In this document: in pieces, positions 45,637-55,961 of the stretch
How positions within the stretch are numbered: position 1 is the first letter of the stretch
How the letters are laid out: every line of letters starts with the position of its first letter
DNA from: an uncultured bacterium
Lineage (GTDB): Bacteria > Zixibacteria > MSB-5A5 > GN15 > FEB-12
Direction: 5' to 3'
Length of the DNA stretch: 64,000 bases
NCBI GenBank assembly: GCA_963821635.1
Contig: CAWGEP010000001.1
Location: forward strand, 613,157 to 677,156
Position numbers and translations under genes: made by a program
The notes under the pieces: model-generated
Databases searched by the model: none
Seen by the model: only the letters and a program-made list of their open reading frames with translations
What the model was told of the DNA's origin: nothing

Positions 45637-47910
45637 CTACTTCTTCTCCATCGAAACGTTGTCCATCGACATTACGCTGAAATACTCATTGAACTTAAAG
45701 TCTTTTGGCTGAGCCGGAAAAGGGCCAATCTGGAAGGTCGAGCTATTTCCTTTCACCGTCTGGCGGCTCAAGCTTGCGCTCCCGTCACTCTTGACCACAT
45801 TCATGATCACCGGCATCTGGAAATTCCCGTCCACTCCCTTGGTACTGACGGTCCCATCGACAAACCAGTCGCTCCCCTTTTGCTCGAACAAGTACTTCAC
45901 ATTGAATTCGGGAACGTGCCGTCCATAGACCCAGTAGTTGAAGAACCAATCCAGCTTGTCGCCGTAGTATTTCTCCGCGATCCGCTCTATATCGGCGTTC
46001 GTAAACTGCCGGAAATTTGCAAAGCTCCCCAGTTCGGTCAGAAACTTCCTGAATTTCTGATCGGGATCCTTGTCGGCCGCATCGAGCGAGAACATCAATT
46101 GCCGGAGCATGTGTACCACCCATGCCCCTTTGGTCGTGTGCAGCGAATCGGAGACCCGGTCACCGGTCGCCAGCGGACGGTCGTTGTCGCGCGAAAGATA
46201 GACGACATCGAAATTCTGTTTTCTTCGGAGCATTTCCGTATAGAACGGGTCTCCCGGCAACGATCCCTGGACATACCAGAGTCCGAGATACTCACACACG
46301 GCATCGGCTAGCCAGGCTTCCCGCTCGGAGGCGGGCCGCATAAACTCTCCGAACCACTCGCGGGCCAGCCGCGGCCCAGCCACAATCTCAAGCTGCCCGT
46401 CCCCGGCCGTCAGACAGTACACCTGGGGGATCTCCACCCAGCCGGCCGAAGTAAAGTCCGAGGCATATGACATGGCCGACGATCCCCAGCCCTGCACCGA
46501 CAAGTCGGAGAGCGGATAAATCTCTAAGCCGAACGTTCCGGGGGGGTTCCCCAGCCGCGCCCCGATAAACTCCACGCCCTCTTTCACTACTTTTTGGAAC
46601 ATCTCATCGGTAATGTAGCAGTCATATTTGGTCTTGGAGATGTCCGGAGACTTCAAGATCGTCAGCGGAATCCCGACACTGGTGGTCACCTCGGTGGAGT
46701 CAAACCCGGAAGCGTATGGCCTGAACACAAACGAACTTATCGGCTTGTCCGGCTCGACCGTAAAGGTCTGGCGGCCGTGCGCCCGCGTAACCTGTCCCAT
46801 CCCTGGCATGACATAATTGAACTCGGCCGGAGCATCGATATTGAGTTTGATCTCGGTCGCCGCCGGATTCTCCACATACGGGAACGGCGTCAAATACTTG
46901 CTCCCGTGATACCACATCCGCACCTCCAGGGTGTCCCCCTTGTGGTAATATTTGGGCAGGACTGCTCCGATGAAGTTGAAATCGGAACGCCGGGAGAATT
47001 CGGTCCCGACCCCATTCACCGCCATCGAGTCCAGTGTCAGGAAATAATGCAGAAAAATCGACATGAACTTCAGACTGTCCGCATTGACTACAATCCGGGC
47101 GTCGGTTTGAGCCTTTTCGATGTTGGTCCCTTCGAGCCCCGACAAAGTCAGATTGGCGCTGCGCGACACGATCGTGGTCGGGAACAGGATATCGGACATC
47201 TTCGAATCATCGTAAATATTCCGCTCTTTGCGCTGCATCACCGCGCCTTCGGTGATGTTCTGGTCTCCCGGCTCGTGCTCAAACCCGACAATCGACTGCT
47301 CGGGAATGTTCGGATCGAACGTGTAGGTATACCGCCCGAAATCGGCGAAAAAGTAGCCGTCGGCCGCCCGCTCGTAGACCGACCGGAGCAGTTCAAAGTA
47401 GTTGTCGTACCGGCTCTCGATGGTCGGCTTGAAATGAAACTCTCCCTGCGCCTGCTTCGTGATCGTGAAATTTTTCCAGTCGAGCTGCTTTTTGGCCAGA
47501 GGGAATTTCTCCTTAACGATTTTATCCAGATCGTCCGCCATCCGAATGAAGCAGAAATTGAAATCCTCGTTTACCACGCTGTCGCGCGCGGCATACCAGA
47601 GCGCCTGGCGCTCCACATGCGACGGTATCGCCACCGTGGCATTCCCTTTGCCGATAAATATAGCCGTCGTCGGCCGGTCATTTATGTAACGGAGGAAGAA
47701 GATCGTTCCTTCCTTAAACGTGATGGTCGCCACATCTTTCTGGTAAACAAAGTCCTTGATCGTGCCGGTCTCCCCGACATTGTTCATCAAATCCTGGTTC
47801 AGCGTCTTGTAATCCTCGTTGAACTGCTTCATGAACGGCGACTCGGCCCGCAACGAGCCGGACACCGGAATCAAAATCGCCAGGGACACCAGTATTCGCT
47901 TCCAATTCAT
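45637..47910 (-). CDS. Secreted M1-peptidase-like protein lacking the HExxH zinc motif
   Basis: ORF 45637..47997. I trimmed the start to the ATG at 47910 (MNWKRILVSLAILIPVSGSLRA). The region GPRLAREWFGEFMRPASEREAWLADAVCEYLG aligns by eye to HELAHQWFGNLV...WLNEGFA of M1 aminopeptidases. Confidence 0.65.
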   Translation of the reverse strand: MNWKRILVSLAILIPVSGSLRAESPFMKQFNEDYKTLNQDLMNNVGETGTIKDFVYQKDVATITFKEGTIFFLRYINDRPTTAIFIGKGNATVAIPSHVERQALWYAARDSVVNEDFNFCFIRMADDLDKIVKEKFPLAKKQLDWKNFTITKQAQGEFHFKPTIESRYDNYFELLRSVYERAADGYFFADFGRYTYTFDPNIPEQSIVGFEHEPGDQNITEGAVMQRKERNIYDDSKMSDILFPTTIVSRSANLTLSGLEGTNIEKAQTDARIVVNADSLKFMSIFLHYFLTLDSMAVNGVGTEFSRRSDFNFIGAVLPKYYHKGDTLEVRMWYHGSKYLTPFPYVENPAATEIKLNIDAPAEFNYVMPGMGQVTRAHGRQTFTVEPDKPISSFVFRPYASGFDSTEVTTSVGIPLTILKSPDISKTKYDCYITDEMFQKVVKEGVEFIGARLGNPPGTFGLEIYPLSDLSVQGWGSSAMSYASDFTSAGWVEIPQVYCLTAGDGQLEIVAGPRLAREWFGEFMRPASEREAWLADAVCEYLGLWYVQGSLPGDPFYTEMLRRKQNFDVVYLSRDNDRPLATGDRVSDSLHTTKGAWVVHMLRQLMFSLDAADKDPDQKFRKFLTELGSFANFRQFTNADIERIAEKYYGDKLDWFFNYWVYGRHVPEFNVKYLFEQKGSDWFVDGTVSTKGVDGNFQMPVIMNVVKSDGSASLSRQTVKGNSSTFQIGPFPAQPKDFKFNEYFSVMSMDNVSMEKK

Positions 47911-47939
47911 ACATCTATCTCCACATGAAAATCTTGCTC

Positions 47940-48494
47940 TCAACTCTCGGTGCGCACTCCCGCCAGTTCCAGAGCGATCTCCTCGCACCGCCGGCACTTG
48001 GCGCCGAAATCCGCTTCGGCATCCAAAAACCGATACCCCGGATGCCCCTTCCAGACCCCTTCTATCGCCTGCTCGATAAACAGCGCCTCCTCGATCGATT
48101 CATTCCGTATTTCATCGCCGCGATAGTAAGCGCTCCCCAGGCGGGCCGCCGAGCCGAGATGGATCACCGCCGAGTAGCGCTGATACTCTCGCGCGATGGT
48201 CGTCCCGACTTCTTCGATAGTTTCCGGGTGAAACGCAAAGGCGTCGATCGTTCCCCGATCGCTGAAGAACGGCCTCTCCCCGGCCTCCATCTCGCGGGCG
48301 CACTGGAGACGGTAGATCTCCTGATGAAATTCCCGCCGCTGTTGACGAAATTGCGGATTCTCCACCAGCAGGCGGCGCGCCAGTTCTTCGAAAAACAGAA
48401 AATGACCGAGTGCGGGATTGCTCTGAAGCTTCTGCAAGCAGACCGTCTTCCCTGAACCGGGGCCGCCCGTAATCACAATTCGTGGTATCATCAA
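47940..48494 (-). CDS. AAA_28-type P-loop NTPase
   Basis: IVITGGPGSGKTV is a Walker A motif. The protein is 184 aa. Confidence 0.75.
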   Translation of the reverse strand: MMIPRIVITGGPGSGKTVCLQKLQSNPALGHFLFFEELARRLLVENPQFRQQRREFHQEIYRLQCAREMEAGERPFFSDRGTIDAFAFHPETIEEVGTTIAREYQRYSAVIHLGSAARLGSAYYRGDEIRNESIEEALFIEQAIEGVWKGHPGYRFLDAEADFGAKCRRCEEIALELAGVRTES

Positions 48495-48603
48495 TTGCTT
48501 GTGTTCCGAGCCAATCTATCCCGATGTTTGGGCCCTGTCAAGCCAAGCCGCCAGTTGTGTCTTTCCAACCGCTCTGCTATTATACAGATACGAAGGAGCA
48601 CCT

Positions 48604-49773
48604 ATGGATATCCAAAAGATTCAAGAGTATCTCACCGAACACGAGCTCGATGGCTGGCTGCTGGCTGATTTCCATGCCCGGAACGATATCGCCGTCTCAC
48701 TGCTCGGCCTCAGCGGACTGGTCACGCGGCGATCCTTTTACTTCATCCCTGCCCAGGGAGAGCCGATCGCCCTGGTCAATCCGATCGAAAAGGAGAAATT
48801 CCGCCATGTCGCCGGGAGTATCCGAACCTACCAGGGTTACGCCGGACTCGAAAACGATCTCAAACATACCCTGGAACGTTCCACCCGGATTGCGATGGAG
48901 TATTCCCCTATGGGTCGTCTCCCTTACATCGGGCTGGTCGATGCCGGCACGATCGAGATGGTCCGAAGCTTCGGTCTCGAAGTGGTTTCTTCCGCTGATC
49001 TGGTCGCCAACTTTCAGGCCCGGTTGTCGGTCGAGCAGATGGCCCAGCACCGAGTGGCGGCTCACAATCTGATTGAAATCAAGAGCGCCGCTTTCGCCAC
49101 GATTGCCGCCGCGATCAAAGAGAACCGCACGCTGACTGAGTACCAGGTGGTCGAATTCATCATGAAGAAATTCACCGAGTATGATATGGTCACGGAGCAT
49201 ATGGTGAATTGCTCGGTCGGTGCTCACGCCGGCGATCCGCATTACGAGCCGTCACCCGATTCCTGGCCGATCACGCGCGGTCAGGTGGTTCTTCTTGATA
49301 TCTGGGCCCGTCTGAATCTGCCCGGGGCCCCGATTGCCGACATCACCTGGGTCGGTTTTACCGGCGCCAAAGGGGAAATTCCCCAGAAATACACAGACAT
49401 TTTCGAGACGCTTGTCCGGGCGCGCGACAAAGCGGTCGCCTACATCCGTGAGAACATCGAGAAACAGCCGGTCCACGGGTTCGAAGTTGACGACATCTGC
49501 CGCAACGTCATCAAAGCCGCCGGCTACGGCGAGTACTTCACGCATCGCACCGGGCATTCCATTACCGATTCCGTTCACGGTGTCGGCCCGAATATCGATA
49601 ACCTCGAAACCGAGGATCAGCGCCGCCTGCAGAAAGGGCATCTGTTCTCGATTGAGCCCGGAATCTATATGGAGGAGTGCGGCTTTCGGACTGAGATCAA
49701 TGTCTTGATCGGCCACGAGGGAGCCGAAGTGACTACCCAGCCGCTGCAAACTTCGATCATTCCGTTGTTGTAG
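48604..49773 (+). CDS. M24 family metallopeptidase (Xaa-Pro aminopeptidase-like)
   Basis: ORF 48499..49773. I trimmed the start to the ATG at 48604, which follows GAAGGAG. HRTGHSI...FSIEPGIY...RTEINV are pita-bread metal ligand motifs. Confidence 0.85.
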   Translation: MDIQKIQEYLTEHELDGWLLADFHARNDIAVSLLGLSGLVTRRSFYFIPAQGEPIALVNPIEKEKFRHVAGSIRTYQGYAGLENDLKHTLERSTRIAMEYSPMGRLPYIGLVDAGTIEMVRSFGLEVVSSADLVANFQARLSVEQMAQHRVAAHNLIEIKSAAFATIAAAIKENRTLTEYQVVEFIMKKFTEYDMVTEHMVNCSVGAHAGDPHYEPSPDSWPITRGQVVLLDIWARLNLPGAPIADITWVGFTGAKGEIPQKYTDIFETLVRARDKAVAYIRENIEKQPVHGFEVDDICRNVIKAAGYGEYFTHRTGHSITDSVHGVGPNIDNLETEDQRRLQKGHLFSIEPGIYMEECGFRTEINVLIGHEGAEVTTQPLQTSIIPLL

Positions 49774-49778
49774 CCATC

Positions 49779-50363
49779 ATGTACGTCACCGATGATCTGA
49801 TCCGGGATATGGAGCGCCAGTTCGGTGTCCCGGCGTTCCGCAAATTTCAAATTCCCTCGACTCTTCAGGAAGTCGAGCGAATAAAATCGTCGCAGCGCGA
49901 TGGCCGCAATCACGACGCCACGCTCTATGTCCGCAAAGGGTCGCAGCTCATCGTCATTTCCAAACATCCCTATCCCCCGGGACTGTTTCGGGCTCCTTCA
50001 GGCGGCCTGCATCCCGGCGAAGATTTTCTTACCGGTATCAACCGGGAGATAGCCGAAGAAATCGGCTGCGAAATCGAACTCAAGAAATTCCTGCTTAGAA
50101 CAGCTGTTGATTTCAATGCCGATGACGGTTCCAATAAGAGTGTCTTCTGGCGTTCGTTCGTGTTTCTGGCCGATTATGTCCGAGGGGATTTCAATTTCAC
50201 GGATCATCATGAAATTCGCGAGGTCCGCCTGGCCGATTGGGCCGAATTTGAGAATTTTGGCAAGATCATGCGTCAGCTCGGCTGGGGAGGCCTGATCTAC
50301 CGGGCCCAACTGCACGAGGCGGTGGTCGGAGCTGCTCGCCGGTGCGGCAGCCAGCTGATCTGA
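49779..50363 (+). CDS. NUDIX hydrolase
   Basis: The Nudix box is GGLHPGEDFLTGINREIAEEIGCEI. Confidence 0.85.
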   Translation: MYVTDDLIRDMERQFGVPAFRKFQIPSTLQEVERIKSSQRDGRNHDATLYVRKGSQLIVISKHPYPPGLFRAPSGGLHPGEDFLTGINREIAEEIGCEIELKKFLLRTAVDFNADDGSNKSVFWRSFVFLADYVRGDFNFTDHHEIREVRLADWAEFENFGKIMRQLGWGGLIYRAQLHEAVVGAARRCGSQLI

Positions 50364-50532
50364 TCCGCACCCACAGCTCAATCGAAATTTCAACATATTG
50401 TGCCACAATTACTTAATAAGTATCTCGACGCATTCGAGTGGATGAATATATAAATAGTATTTGTAATTACTGTAATATATTATACAACTATCACGATTGA
50501 TATATGTATATAGTTCTGAAGGTAATGATATA

Positions 50533-51681
50533 ATGATATTCAAGGCACCGAGAATCGACGGGGGTGAGATCGAAGTCATCGCCAAGATCGATGAATTCAG
50601 GAAAAATCTGCAGCCAGCGGTTCGCACCCCTTCCAAATGGACCGGCACGCTCCGCAAGAATATGATCGCTCGGGCTATCCGAGGATCCAACACGGTCGAG
50701 GGGTACAATGTCACGCTGGAAGAAGCTGTGGCTGTTGTTGAGCACGAGGAAATCGATGTCGATTCCGACACTCGTCTGGCTATCGAGGGCTACCGGAATG
50801 CGCTGACTTACATCCTTCATTTGGCTGAAGATAAGCAGCATTACGTGGTCAATGAGGAGCTGCTTCGAAGTCTTCACTACATAATGCTCTCGCATGATTG
50901 GAAAAAACACCCCGGACATTGGAGACCCGGCCCCATATATGTCAGGAGAGAACCAAGCGGGGAGCGCGTGTATGAAGGACCTGATTCCGGATTGGTTCCT
51001 GAACTGATGAAGGAATTCGTGGAGACTGTTCAAAATTGTGATGATTCTATCCCGGTTCTGATACGGGCGGCGATGGCTCATCTCAATTTGGTTCTGATCC
51101 ACCCTTTCTCGGACGGGAATGGAAGAATGGGCCGAGCCGTTCAGACCCTTGTTTTGGCGCGTGATGGGATCCTGCCGCCTGAATTCTCCAGCATCGAAGA
51201 ATATCTGGGTTCGAGAAACAACACCGAGTCATATTACAGCGTGCTGGCGGAAGTTGGAGCCGGGAGCTGGCACCCCGAGCGAGACGCCCGGCCGTTCGTC
51301 CGATTCTGCCTTCGCGCTCACTTGCAGCAACTCATTACAATTGATCGCCGGATCCGGGAGATATCACGCCTTTTCGGTGATCTGGAAACAGAAATCAGTA
51401 ACCGAGGGCTGAATCCTCGAATGATCTCGGCGTTATATGACGCCGCTGTGGGGTTTCGCGTCCGAAGCATGCGATATCAATCAGGGGCCGATGTTTCACC
51501 GCAGGTCGCGGCGCGCGACCTGGGTCTGTTGGTTGAACAGGGCCTTTTGGAGCCGCACGGAGAAAAGCGAGGTCGGGTCTATGTTGGATCGCAACGGCTC
51601 TTCGACATTAGGGAGAAATGCCGGGAGGCGCGAAAGATCCTGCCGGCGGACATCTTTTCCGGCCAACTGAAGCTTCTCTGA
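50533..51681 (+). CDS. Fic family protein (AMPylase-type) with N-terminal inhibitory motif
   Basis: The Fic motif is HPFSDGNGRMGRAV. The N-terminal GSNTVEG fits the (S/T)xxxE(G/N) autoinhibition motif. The gene is preceded by about 130 bp of very AT-rich DNA. The ORF track starts at TTG 50497, but I prefer the ATG at 50533. Confidence 0.85.
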   Translation: MIFKAPRIDGGEIEVIAKIDEFRKNLQPAVRTPSKWTGTLRKNMIARAIRGSNTVEGYNVTLEEAVAVVEHEEIDVDSDTRLAIEGYRNALTYILHLAEDKQHYVVNEELLRSLHYIMLSHDWKKHPGHWRPGPIYVRREPSGERVYEGPDSGLVPELMKEFVETVQNCDDSIPVLIRAAMAHLNLVLIHPFSDGNGRMGRAVQTLVLARDGILPPEFSSIEEYLGSRNNTESYYSVLAEVGAGSWHPERDARPFVRFCLRAHLQQLITIDRRIREISRLFGDLETEISNRGLNPRMISALYDAAVGFRVRSMRYQSGADVSPQVAARDLGLLVEQGLLEPHGEKRGRVYVGSQRLFDIREKCREARKILPADIFSGQLKLL

Positions 51682-51884
51682 TATTCGCCCTATCGGGCCT
51701 GTAATGATAAACTCCGTATTGTGGCCTTTATTCACCCGAAGGCGGCTCCGCCGCAGCTCCAGCACCCCATAGAGCGAGCCGGTCAGAGCGCAAACTTCTT
51801 CATCCGGCTGCGGGAATCGATTGACCTAGCGAGAATCACCGGAAACCCAGATCGAGATTGGTCCACCCCCCCTTCAATCCCCCC

Positions 51885-51912
51885 TTGACCTTTCCCTGAT
51901 TTTTCGTATCAT
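51885..51912 (+). promoter_or_regulatory. Candidate sigma70-type promoter of rpmH (TTGACC-N16-TATCAT)
   Basis: Read directly. It lies about 30 nt upstream of the rpmH start codon. Confidence 0.45.
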
Positions 51913-51943
51913 ACGCGGCTAATTACCTAAGGAAAGAACAGGA

Positions 51944-52096
51944 ATGAAGAGAACCTTTCAGCCGTCGAACGAAAAGAAAATCAACGACCACGGCTTCCGG
52001 AAACGGATGTCCACCAAAGATGGTCGCAAAGTCCTGGCCCGCCGCCGCGCCAAGGGCAGAAAAAGACTGACCGTCAAAGTTGGTCGCAAAAAATAA
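51944..52096 (+). CDS. rpmH: 50S ribosomal protein L34
   Basis: Not in the ORF track because it is only 50 aa. My translation is [50 protein letters not shown], with RBS AAGGAAAG upstream. Confidence 0.95.
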   Translation: MKRTFQPSNEKKINDHGFRKRMSTKDGRKVLARRRAKGRKRLTVKVGRKK

Positions 52097-52427
52097 GCTT
52101 CCCCGCACCCTGACGCTCAAGAGCCGGGTCGACCTCACCGACCTGATCAATTCCGGCCGACGCCTCTCAGGAAAAACCTGCGGCGTCGCGTGGAAACCAG
52201 CCGAATCCTTTCGCTATGCGATCCTGCTCTCGAGAAAAAGCGGCCCAGCCCATGTGCGCAATCGCATCAAACGAATATTCCGCGAAGCGGTCCGGCATAG
52301 CCGATCCGGACTTGACTTGCCGGTCTGGTGTGCGTTCTTTCCAAGGATAGGCGGCACAGAGCCGGCCTTATCAATACAAAACGATGTCAATCAACTGTTT
52401 AGAAGAATCAGCGCACAGTCCGAATAG
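52080..52427 (+). CDS. rnpA: Ribonuclease P protein component
   Basis: 115 aa and basic. It lies immediately after and overlapping rpmH, with a TTG start. The sequence contains [23 protein letters not shown], a match to the RnpA RNR motif. Confidence 0.85.
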   Translation: MVAKNKLPRTLTLKSRVDLTDLINSGRRLSGKTCGVAWKPAESFRYAILLSRKSGPAHVRNRIKRIFREAVRHSRSGLDLPVWCAFFPRIGGTEPALSIQNDVNQLFRRISAQSE

Positions 52428-52647
52428 GACCTCCTTGATTGCCTATCCCTTAATCGCGCTGATTTATCTCTATCGCTTCACACTCTCGCCAATCATCGGC
52501 AACCAATGCCGCTATGAACCTACCTGCTCACACTATGCTGAGGACGCTCTTCGGAAGCACGGTGCGATCAGAGGCTCCTGGCTGGCCCTGAAGCGGATCG
52601 TCCGCTGCCACCCATGGCACGACGGAGGGTTCGACCCGGTCCCGTAA
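52384..52647 (+). CDS. yidD: Membrane protein insertion efficiency factor YidD
   Basis: [54 protein letters not shown] is the YidD signature. The start is uncertain; an in-frame TTG at 52435 would avoid the overlap with rnpA. Confidence 0.8.
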   Translation: MSINCLEESAHSPNRTSLIAYPLIALIYLYRFTLSPIIGNQCRYEPTCSHYAEDALRKHGAIRGSWLALKRIVRCHPWHDGGFDPVP

Positions 52648-52712
52648 GCAGCTGGCAATCGGGAGCACGGACCCAAGAGACCCTCTCCCCTCAATCGAAC
52701 AAGGATGTATTT

Positions 52713-54425
52713 GTGGACAAAAAGACAATCGCCCTCATGGTCCCGCTGGTCCTGGTAATTCTCTTCTACTGGCAGATCCTGGGATTTCTCGGCATCGTTA
52801 AGCCCAAACCGGCTGCTCCCCCGGCCATCGTTGTGGACACCACCCTGATCGCCAAAGATACCTCGGCCGTCAAACCATCAGCCCCGATCGATACCCTGGC
52901 CAAGGGTACCCCTTCTCCCGCTGCCACTGTGGCCACACCGGCTGACACGATCAAGGCGGATTCGCTCGTGGTCGCCACCAAAGTCTACACGGTCATCTTG
53001 TCCTCCCATGGCGGCGGCCCGGTTTCGTTGAAGCTGAATCATTACGCGCTCCGGAACGGGGCTCCAATCGAAATTCTCCCCGATAACAAAGCGGCTACTC
53101 CCGAGGTCACGTACGCCGGCGGCACCGTGTCCAGTTCCTCCCTCGGATATAAATGCAGCCTTGCTCCCGGAACCTACGATGCCACCACCCGCCCGCTCGA
53201 TATCGATTACACTTATTCCTCTCCCTCCGGCGGTGAACTGATTCGCCATTTCAAATTTTATCCCGACAGCAACCACTATCAGTTGGTGATCGAGGCCAAA
53301 AATCGGGACAAGCTCGGGTTTGACCGCCAGTACAGCCTGGTCTGGAACACGCCGCTCGGTGTCACCGAACCACAGCCCAGCACCGACTACGATGCTATGG
53401 AAGCGGTCGCTATGATGGCCAATTCCCGCGAGCAGCTCAAAGACTTCAAGAATAACAAACTCAACCAGTCCCTGACCGGGACCACCACCTGGGCGGCGGT
53501 CAGAAACAAATATTTCGCGGCCATTATGATTCCCCGCAATAAGACCGCCGATGGTGTCACCGCGGTGGGAGATCAGTTTCCCAAGGTTGACGTCGAGTTC
53601 GGCAAATTCATGGAGCGGCGTCTGACCATCGGTCTGGAACTCGCCATACCGGCTGCTCCGCAATTCGCCGACACGTTCAGCGTCTTTGTGGGCCCACTGG
53701 ACTATCCGTTGCTCGCTAAATACGATATCGGCATGCAGGATATCCTCGGGATCGGTACTACCGCTTACGTCGGATGGATCATAAAACCTTTTGCCCTAAT
53801 GGTCATCTGGCTTCTCCCCCGCATGTTTACACTTTTCGGAAACTATGGCGTCGTGATCATTCTGTTCGCCCTCCTGGTGAAACTGGTCACGCTCCCGCTT
53901 TCGCTCAAGTCAATGCGCTCCATGAACGCCATGAAAGAGCTGCAGCCCAAACTCGAAGAACTCAAAAAACGGCTTAAGAACAAACCTCAGGATTTGAACG
54001 CGGAAACTATGCGTCTCTACAAGGAGCACGGCGTCAATCCGCTCTCGGGCTGTTTCCCGATGCTGGCTCAGATGCCGCTGTTCTTCGCGCTCTTCTCGGT
54101 TTTTCGCTCGACTATTCTGCTCCGCAATGCCCCGTTCGTCTGGTTCATCACCGACTTGTCGCGCGGAGCGATCGGATTTCTGGATCCTTACATGATCCTG
54201 GTTGTCCTGATGGTTGTATTCCAGTTTGTCTCTCAAATACTGAGCATGCCCTCCAACCAGCAGAACAAATTCATGTACTATCTCATGCCGTTGATTTTTG
54301 CCTTCTTCTTCTATAAGCTGGCCGCCGGGCTGGTGCTCTACTGGACCTGCTTCTCGCTTTTCACGATCGGCGATTACTACATCTTCCGCCGTCAGAAAAA
54401 GAACGCCGAGGTGAAGATTCTTTGA
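52713..54425 (+). CDS. yidC: Membrane protein insertase YidC
   Basis: ORF 52614..54425. The likely start is GTG at 52713, after AAGGA and just before the first transmembrane segment (KKTIALMVPLVLVILFYW). The C-terminal 60KD_IMP core reads NYGVVIILFALLVKLVTLPL...LYKEHGVNPLSGCFPMLAQMPLFFALF. Confidence 0.9.
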   Translation: MDKKTIALMVPLVLVILFYWQILGFLGIVKPKPAAPPAIVVDTTLIAKDTSAVKPSAPIDTLAKGTPSPAATVATPADTIKADSLVVATKVYTVILSSHGGGPVSLKLNHYALRNGAPIEILPDNKAATPEVTYAGGTVSSSSLGYKCSLAPGTYDATTRPLDIDYTYSSPSGGELIRHFKFYPDSNHYQLVIEAKNRDKLGFDRQYSLVWNTPLGVTEPQPSTDYDAMEAVAMMANSREQLKDFKNNKLNQSLTGTTTWAAVRNKYFAAIMIPRNKTADGVTAVGDQFPKVDVEFGKFMERRLTIGLELAIPAAPQFADTFSVFVGPLDYPLLAKYDIGMQDILGIGTTAYVGWIIKPFALMVIWLLPRMFTLFGNYGVVIILFALLVKLVTLPLSLKSMRSMNAMKELQPKLEELKKRLKNKPQDLNAETMRLYKEHGVNPLSGCFPMLAQMPLFFALFSVFRSTILLRNAPFVWFITDLSRGAIGFLDPYMILVVLMVVFQFVSQILSMPSNQQNKFMYYLMPLIFAFFFYKLAAGLVLYWTCFSLFTIGDYYIFRRQKKNAEVKIL

Positions 54426-54426
54426 G

Positions 54427-55821
54427 ATGGCAAAGCGCTCCAGGAAGATCCGCTCCGATGACGACACCATTGTCGCCATCATAACTCCTCCCGGCGAAGG
54501 CGGGATTGCGGCGATTCGTCTGGCCGGTCCCGCTGCTCGCACATTGGCTTTAAGGTTTTTCACGCTCTCGAACAATGAGCCTCCGGACTGGACCCCCTTT
54601 ATGCTCCGTTTCGGACATTTCCGCAGCACGACAGGGGAGAGGCTCGATGAAATCATGTCGGTCTATATGCCGCAGGGCCGTTCGTACACCGGACAGGAGC
54701 AGGTCGAAATTTTCTGCCACGGCGGCCGCCTGATTGTCCGCCGCCTGCTCGACGAACTAATCGCCGCGGGAGCGCGCCCGGCCGAACCTGGCGAATTCAC
54801 CCGGCTGGCATTTCTCAACGGCCGGATCGACCTGGCTCGCGCCGAAGCGGTCGCCGAGATCATTTCAGCCAACACTGACATTTCCCTCAGCGCCTCACGG
54901 GAGCATCTCCTGGGAGCATACTCGGAGCACATCGCCCAACTGCGCGAACTGCTGGTGCGAGTGTGCGCCGAGGTCGAAGCTTCGATTGATTTCCCGGATG
55001 AAGAGATTACTCCGGCCGGCAGGGAAGAGCTGATCAGGACGATCGATCAGGTTGAACAGGAGCTTCGCACGCTCATCAATTCCTACAAGGGTGGGCGGAT
55101 CATCAACGAGGGATACCGGATCGTGATTGGCGGACGCCCCAACGCCGGCAAATCTTCGCTGTTTAATCTGCTCCTTCGCGAAGAACGGGCACTGGTCAAC
55201 CCCATCCCCGGAACGACTCGTGATTATCTCTCGGAATGGATTGATATAGAAGGATTTAAGGTCAATATCATAGACACCGCCGGCCTTCGTGAACGAGGAG
55301 GGAAACTCGAGAAACAGGGTCAGGCCCGGGCCAAAGAGATTATCAAAGAAAGTCATCTTCTGGTTTGGCTTGTCGATCTCTCTCACAAATCCTGGCCCAA
55401 AGACCTTGCCACCGATCTTCACAGCCTTCCGGCAGGGGAGAGGTTGATCGTGGGAAACAAGCTTGATCTGGTCCGCAAGCTATCGCCAAAATCGGATGAC
55501 TCCCAGCTGCAGCTCTCAATCTCCTGCCGCACCGGCACGGGCCTAAGCGACCTGCATCGCCTGCTGGTGTCGAGGATCAACTCCCAGATGCCGGATCTCA
55601 CTTCCGGCCAGATAGTCACCTCGGCCCGACATAAACAGAAACTCGCTGCCGCCTTAAAGGCCACACGCGCCGCGCGAGCCAAGATTCACGAGGGAGATTC
55701 ACCCGATTTGATTGCTTTCGACCTCCGCGAAGCTTCTAACTCCCTTGATGAAATCACCGGCAAACTGTATACTGAACAGATTCTGGAGCGGATTTTCGCA
55801 AAATTCTGCATCGGCAAGTGA
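54427..55821 (+). CDS. mnmE: tRNA modification GTPase MnmE
   Basis: It has the G domain motif GRPNAGKSSLFN and the C-terminal CIGK motif. Confidence 0.95.
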   Translation: MAKRSRKIRSDDDTIVAIITPPGEGGIAAIRLAGPAARTLALRFFTLSNNEPPDWTPFMLRFGHFRSTTGERLDEIMSVYMPQGRSYTGQEQVEIFCHGGRLIVRRLLDELIAAGARPAEPGEFTRLAFLNGRIDLARAEAVAEIISANTDISLSASREHLLGAYSEHIAQLRELLVRVCAEVEASIDFPDEEITPAGREELIRTIDQVEQELRTLINSYKGGRIINEGYRIVIGGRPNAGKSSLFNLLLREERALVNPIPGTTRDYLSEWIDIEGFKVNIIDTAGLRERGGKLEKQGQARAKEIIKESHLLVWLVDLSHKSWPKDLATDLHSLPAGERLIVGNKLDLVRKLSPKSDDSQLQLSISCRTGTGLSDLHRLLVSRINSQMPDLTSGQIVTSARHKQKLAAALKATRAARAKIHEGDSPDLIAFDLREASNSLDEITGKLYTEQILERIFAKFCIGK

Positions 55822-55829
55822 CCGAGCCA

Positions 55830-55845
55830 CGTTTCACGTGAAACG
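55830..55845. promoter_or_regulatory. parS centromere-like site (CGTTTCACGTGAAACG)
   Basis: This perfect 16-bp palindrome matches the tGTTtCACGTGAAAca parS consensus in the 14 central positions. It lies 9 nt after the mnmE stop. Confidence 0.8.
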
Positions 55846-55961
55846 ACCAGCGGGTGGCTGCTCCCCATCTGAGAAGTGTGCGACAGACCCGTCGCACTGA
55901 GCGAAGTCGAGATGCGACCGAGGGGTAGCTCGGGAAGTGCTTCTGTTTGAGTAGTAAGACA

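Noticed and set aside
48495-48603. Divergent intergenic region at the strand switch as a possible origin of replication
   Set aside because: It is only about 110 bp with no DnaA-box-like 9-mers. The left part of the window is not uniformly minus-stranded, so the strand switch is weak evidence.
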